Source of the DNA: Tubiluchus corallicola
Lineage: Eukaryota > Animalia > Priapulida
DNA length: 64,000 nt
Assembly: GCA_030141605.1 (NCBI GenBank)
Contig: JAQGDQ010002368.1
Span: forward strand, 806,001-870,000
Direction: 5' to 3'
In this document: positions 60,563 through 64,000 of the stretch, one piece after another
How the letters are laid out: the number at the start of each line of letters is the position of its first letter
How positions within the stretch are numbered: position 1 is the first letter of the stretch
Translations under genes and position numbers: made by a program
Notes under the pieces: model-generated
What the model was told of the DNA's origin: nothing
Databases searched by the model: none
The model's input: the letters and a program-made list of their open reading frames with translations, nothing else

Positions 60563-63319
60563 GTTCCTTGCAGGCCTGGGTGCAGAAAACGAGTCAATTT
60601 TCCGGATTGTTAGAGTTCTTCAGTCACAGCAGCACAGAGCAGTAAAGTACTCCTATACGGATATTTTATAAACCTTCTATTTTTTCGATTATCGCGACAT
60701 TCAGAAATCCATTAGGTCGGTAACTAAAACCACATCAGCTCACCAAACATTACGATAACGGATCGTTTTTGGTTTCGTTTTTGCTAAAAACAAGTAGTGC
60801 CTTTTTGCGCGTTTACGAAAGACGATTGACAGTGCTTATGCACACAATTACATTTGCATCATGGGCGTACTGCAGTAGGCATTTATCAAATATCTTGTAA
60901 GATAGCCTATGCCTAAAATTTCACACTTTGTACTAAGTCAATCATTTTGCAAACTATTTCACCTCTTATTTTGTATTAAATTAAGTGTTTATGCATCTAA
61001 GTCATATGCAGAATAGCATACCAATGTTTGCGTCAGTTACATGCATAAAATGTATATTTGCTGAACCTTAACTAGGTTCAGTAGTGCAAAATGCTCGTTT
61101 GTGCTTAAATGAAGGTGATTATTATTATAATTAAATTTACAATACTATTATTTTTATAAAGAGAAAGTAATGTGTGCACTTTTATTTTATCATAGCTTTT
61201 ATGTGTATCTTTTTTGCTAGTTTAGAGCTTCATGCGAAACTTTAACAACTGGAACGTCATTTGACATTCTCAGAACACGACCAATCCACTTTGACTAGCA
61301 TCTCCCAAGGACAACATTGTTTTCCACTTTTGATGTTATTATGCAGGTCATTTAAAATTTTGTTTGACCATATTTTCATAATTTATAAGCGCCCTGGAAA
61401 GCATCAACTACTTTTTTGAGCAACTTTTACAGTCCACATTTGTGAATTGACAGAAAAGTACGCAGTTTAATTAAATGTAGATTGATTTTTTTTATCGGAT
61501 TTTTATTTTCAAACGACGATTTTGAAATAGGTTAACAATTCTCGAGTGTGCAGACAAAAGAGTTTATCAGATTTTAATTTTTAGGCACTCATATTGTGCA
61601 TCCAAAATATTTCATTTTTATAAGCGATACCCCTTCGCGTTGATCTCATTATTCTTCTGTTTCTTCTTCAACTGACCTCCTGTTTTTCATTTGATTTGTT
61701 CAAGTTTTTTTTTATTTTTCTAAAATCCGCTCATCTTCGTTGGCATTCTGCGGCCAGAATGTCTGACAGTTATCTAAAAACCGTGTATTTATGTTCTTTA
61801 GTTAGAAAAGAAAACAGAACGATTTCTCAAATCCCAACCCATTTTGAAATATACACTAAAATTCTAAAATATACACTTTGTTAATAGTAGTAATTACTAA
61901 AATGTTCCCAATAATTAGTGCTAGCTTAGTAACCTAAAGAGAGGGAGAATTTTAAAGTACATCCCAAAGAACTTTCCATACAAAGTTACAATACGCCCAC
62001 CTACTAGAAAGACTTACGTAATTGAAAAAGAAAATTCTGAATAGTTTATATTGTCATCGCAACACCTCGTAAAACGGCATTGCATTGCCATCCAAATGTG
62101 CACCACTGATTCACCAAAAAACACACTATTGATCTTATTGACATCGTAAAGTGATTTACACCGTTGCTTAGTTAGCGAAGTTTGCGCTACGAATGCTGTG
62201 ATTATTTTTCTCAACCTTTACACAGTGTTATACAAACTTGTTTCAATTGACAAAGTTAAATTGGCTGTGTTAGTGGTAATCGCGGGAGTTTTAAATTTAC
62301 TAGTTTTATGCAGCGTTAATGCAAACGCACGCCCTGTATGTAATAAGACAGCGTATAAGTGATATAAAGTTTTAAGACAATTTCTTAAGCTTTGTTTATG
62401 ACAAGCGTTTTTTGTTTCAATTAACGGCCGGTGAGCGCAGTCATCACATTTCTCAGAAAGATCACTTATCAGTTATCACAATCAACATATAACAAAAGCA
62501 GGACAAATCCTTGTTTTGAATTGTTTTTGCATCTCGAAGCAAATACCAGAAAAATAAAAATGGAAGCACTTTATCATTTCCAAGAAATCGACTAAAGCAA
62601 ATCTTTTCACTGTTTTAAATCTTGGAGGTTTGATGCAAATGTTATCCCATTTGTTTGCACCAATGAAAAAATATCACGTAATTCTACCCAAGCTAAAGCA
62701 GCTGTTAATGTTGAGGTTGGCACAGGGCTCGGCTATGAAATCAGGAGGTAAACACGGTTGGAATGTCCCTAAGCCGTCAATGCGTGGGAGGCCTAAACTT
62801 GAGCCGTTCAGAAACCAGACCTTTTTGTGAACATTTTTCCCGAGTCGAAGACAAAGAAATTCCTTGCACATGAACTTCCTCTAGTTAAGTGACATTTTCG
62901 GCAATTACACCATTGTGAGTTTTTTCTTCCCGCGGGGCACAGCGCGCATGCAAGGCACACTTTTCATCTAAACTTGACAAGATACTGCTCGTGTGTGGGC
63001 CTCCATCCGTGCTATTATCATTGCATATAAGAGCATTAACAGCCAATAACATATTATTCACGAATAAGGGTTGCTGCTGCTGCCACCGCTGCTGTTGTTG
63101 TTGTTTTTGCTGTTCAGATACTTGTTAATTTGTTTTCAAAAATATAATTTCAATGTGCTTTCAGAAACAAAGGACTATGTCGGACAGCAATTTAGAAAAA
63201 AATCATTAGAAGTAATTCCACAAAATGGTCAATCGGGCGACGGTCAAACTTCTACAATAAACTTATACACACACATATATATAAACATGTTCATGAACCA
63301 ATAACCTGACAGGTCATCA

Positions 63320-63950
63320 AAGAAAACATTAAAAAGTAAAACTGATGGCGTGCATCTTGCCGAATACCAGAGAATATTTGAAAATTATCAAAGAATATTG
63401 TCCATTGAAGTGAAATACATAGCAAATGTGAAATATGCATAACGGCTTCGTAGTATATATAATTTGATTGATACCTAGTTTTACCAATACATTTGCAAGG
63501 TGCTTCTAAGCACTTTATCGAAAGCCTTTTCAAGGTCTATGATGGCAAAAAGTTTAATTTCAAGTTTCTGTGCAATTAAAATAATGAATCTGATCAACAT
63601 ATGATTCTTTGCATTGATTTGTACGATTTGCAACTGGGGAAGTTGGGCTGACTTAAGTTCGCGTTGCAAATTACTAAAATCTTTGATAAGTTCTCTGCCT
63701 CTAAATGACATTGCCGATTTAACGTATCGCGACATATTTAAGGAAAACATTTAACTGCCTACCGACATATTCAGCAGCAGGTCGATCATTAGCGACTTGT
63801 TGGTTATTGATTTTACTAGTTTTTGCAGTCTCTCGCAAAATGTGTTCAATATCGCAAATTAGAGCCTCAACTTCATTCTCACTACGTACATTCCATAACT
63901 GCACTACATCAACTTCTACGTAAGAAATGAGTTCATCTTCGTACAATTTA
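63320..63950 (-). mobile_element. Decayed non-LTR retrotransposon (LINE) reverse-transcriptase fragment
   Basis: Minus strand gives IDLEKAFDKV (63540-63511; RT motif .D..KAFD.V) and, downstream in another frame, FQIFSGIRQD (~63380-63354; RT motif F....G.RQG). Stops and frameshifts present; limits approximate. Confidence 0.7.
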
Positions 63951-64000
63951 AAATTACATCGTTTAGGCTTCTCGCACCTCGCAACTCTGTACCGTCGCTA

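Overview
AT-rich, intron-containing animal (invertebrate, probably protostome) genomic DNA. It is not prokaryotic, so most entries in the ORF track are spurious. Five protein-coding genes can be rebuilt by hand from GT-AG exons. (1) The 3' part of a cyclic-nucleotide-gated channel beta subunit (+, 12 exons, 136-9079). (2) A leucine-rich-repeat type I membrane protein with a single coding exon (-, 10330-12135), convergent with the channel gene. (3, 4) A tandem pair of five-exon beta-tubulins (-, 31760-37013 and 38159-43032) with identical intron positions but different C-terminal tails and M-loops. (5) Core-binding factor beta (+, six exons, 47020/47068-57854) with vertebrate-like intron positions. 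The rest is introns and intergenic DNA containing non-autonomous DNA transposons (Tigger/pogo, hAT, PIF/Harbinger, Helentron-type, an inverted MITE pair), LINE/SINE relics and microsatellites. I found no convincing wholly new multi-gene system. The best leads are an Asn104-to-Asp change at the Runx-binding hot spot of CBFbeta, two out-of-frame upstream AUGs overlapping the LRR gene start, specialization of the tubulin pair, and a ciliary-targeting-like QVAP motif in the CNG tail. All coordinates and translations were read by eye, with no database searches.
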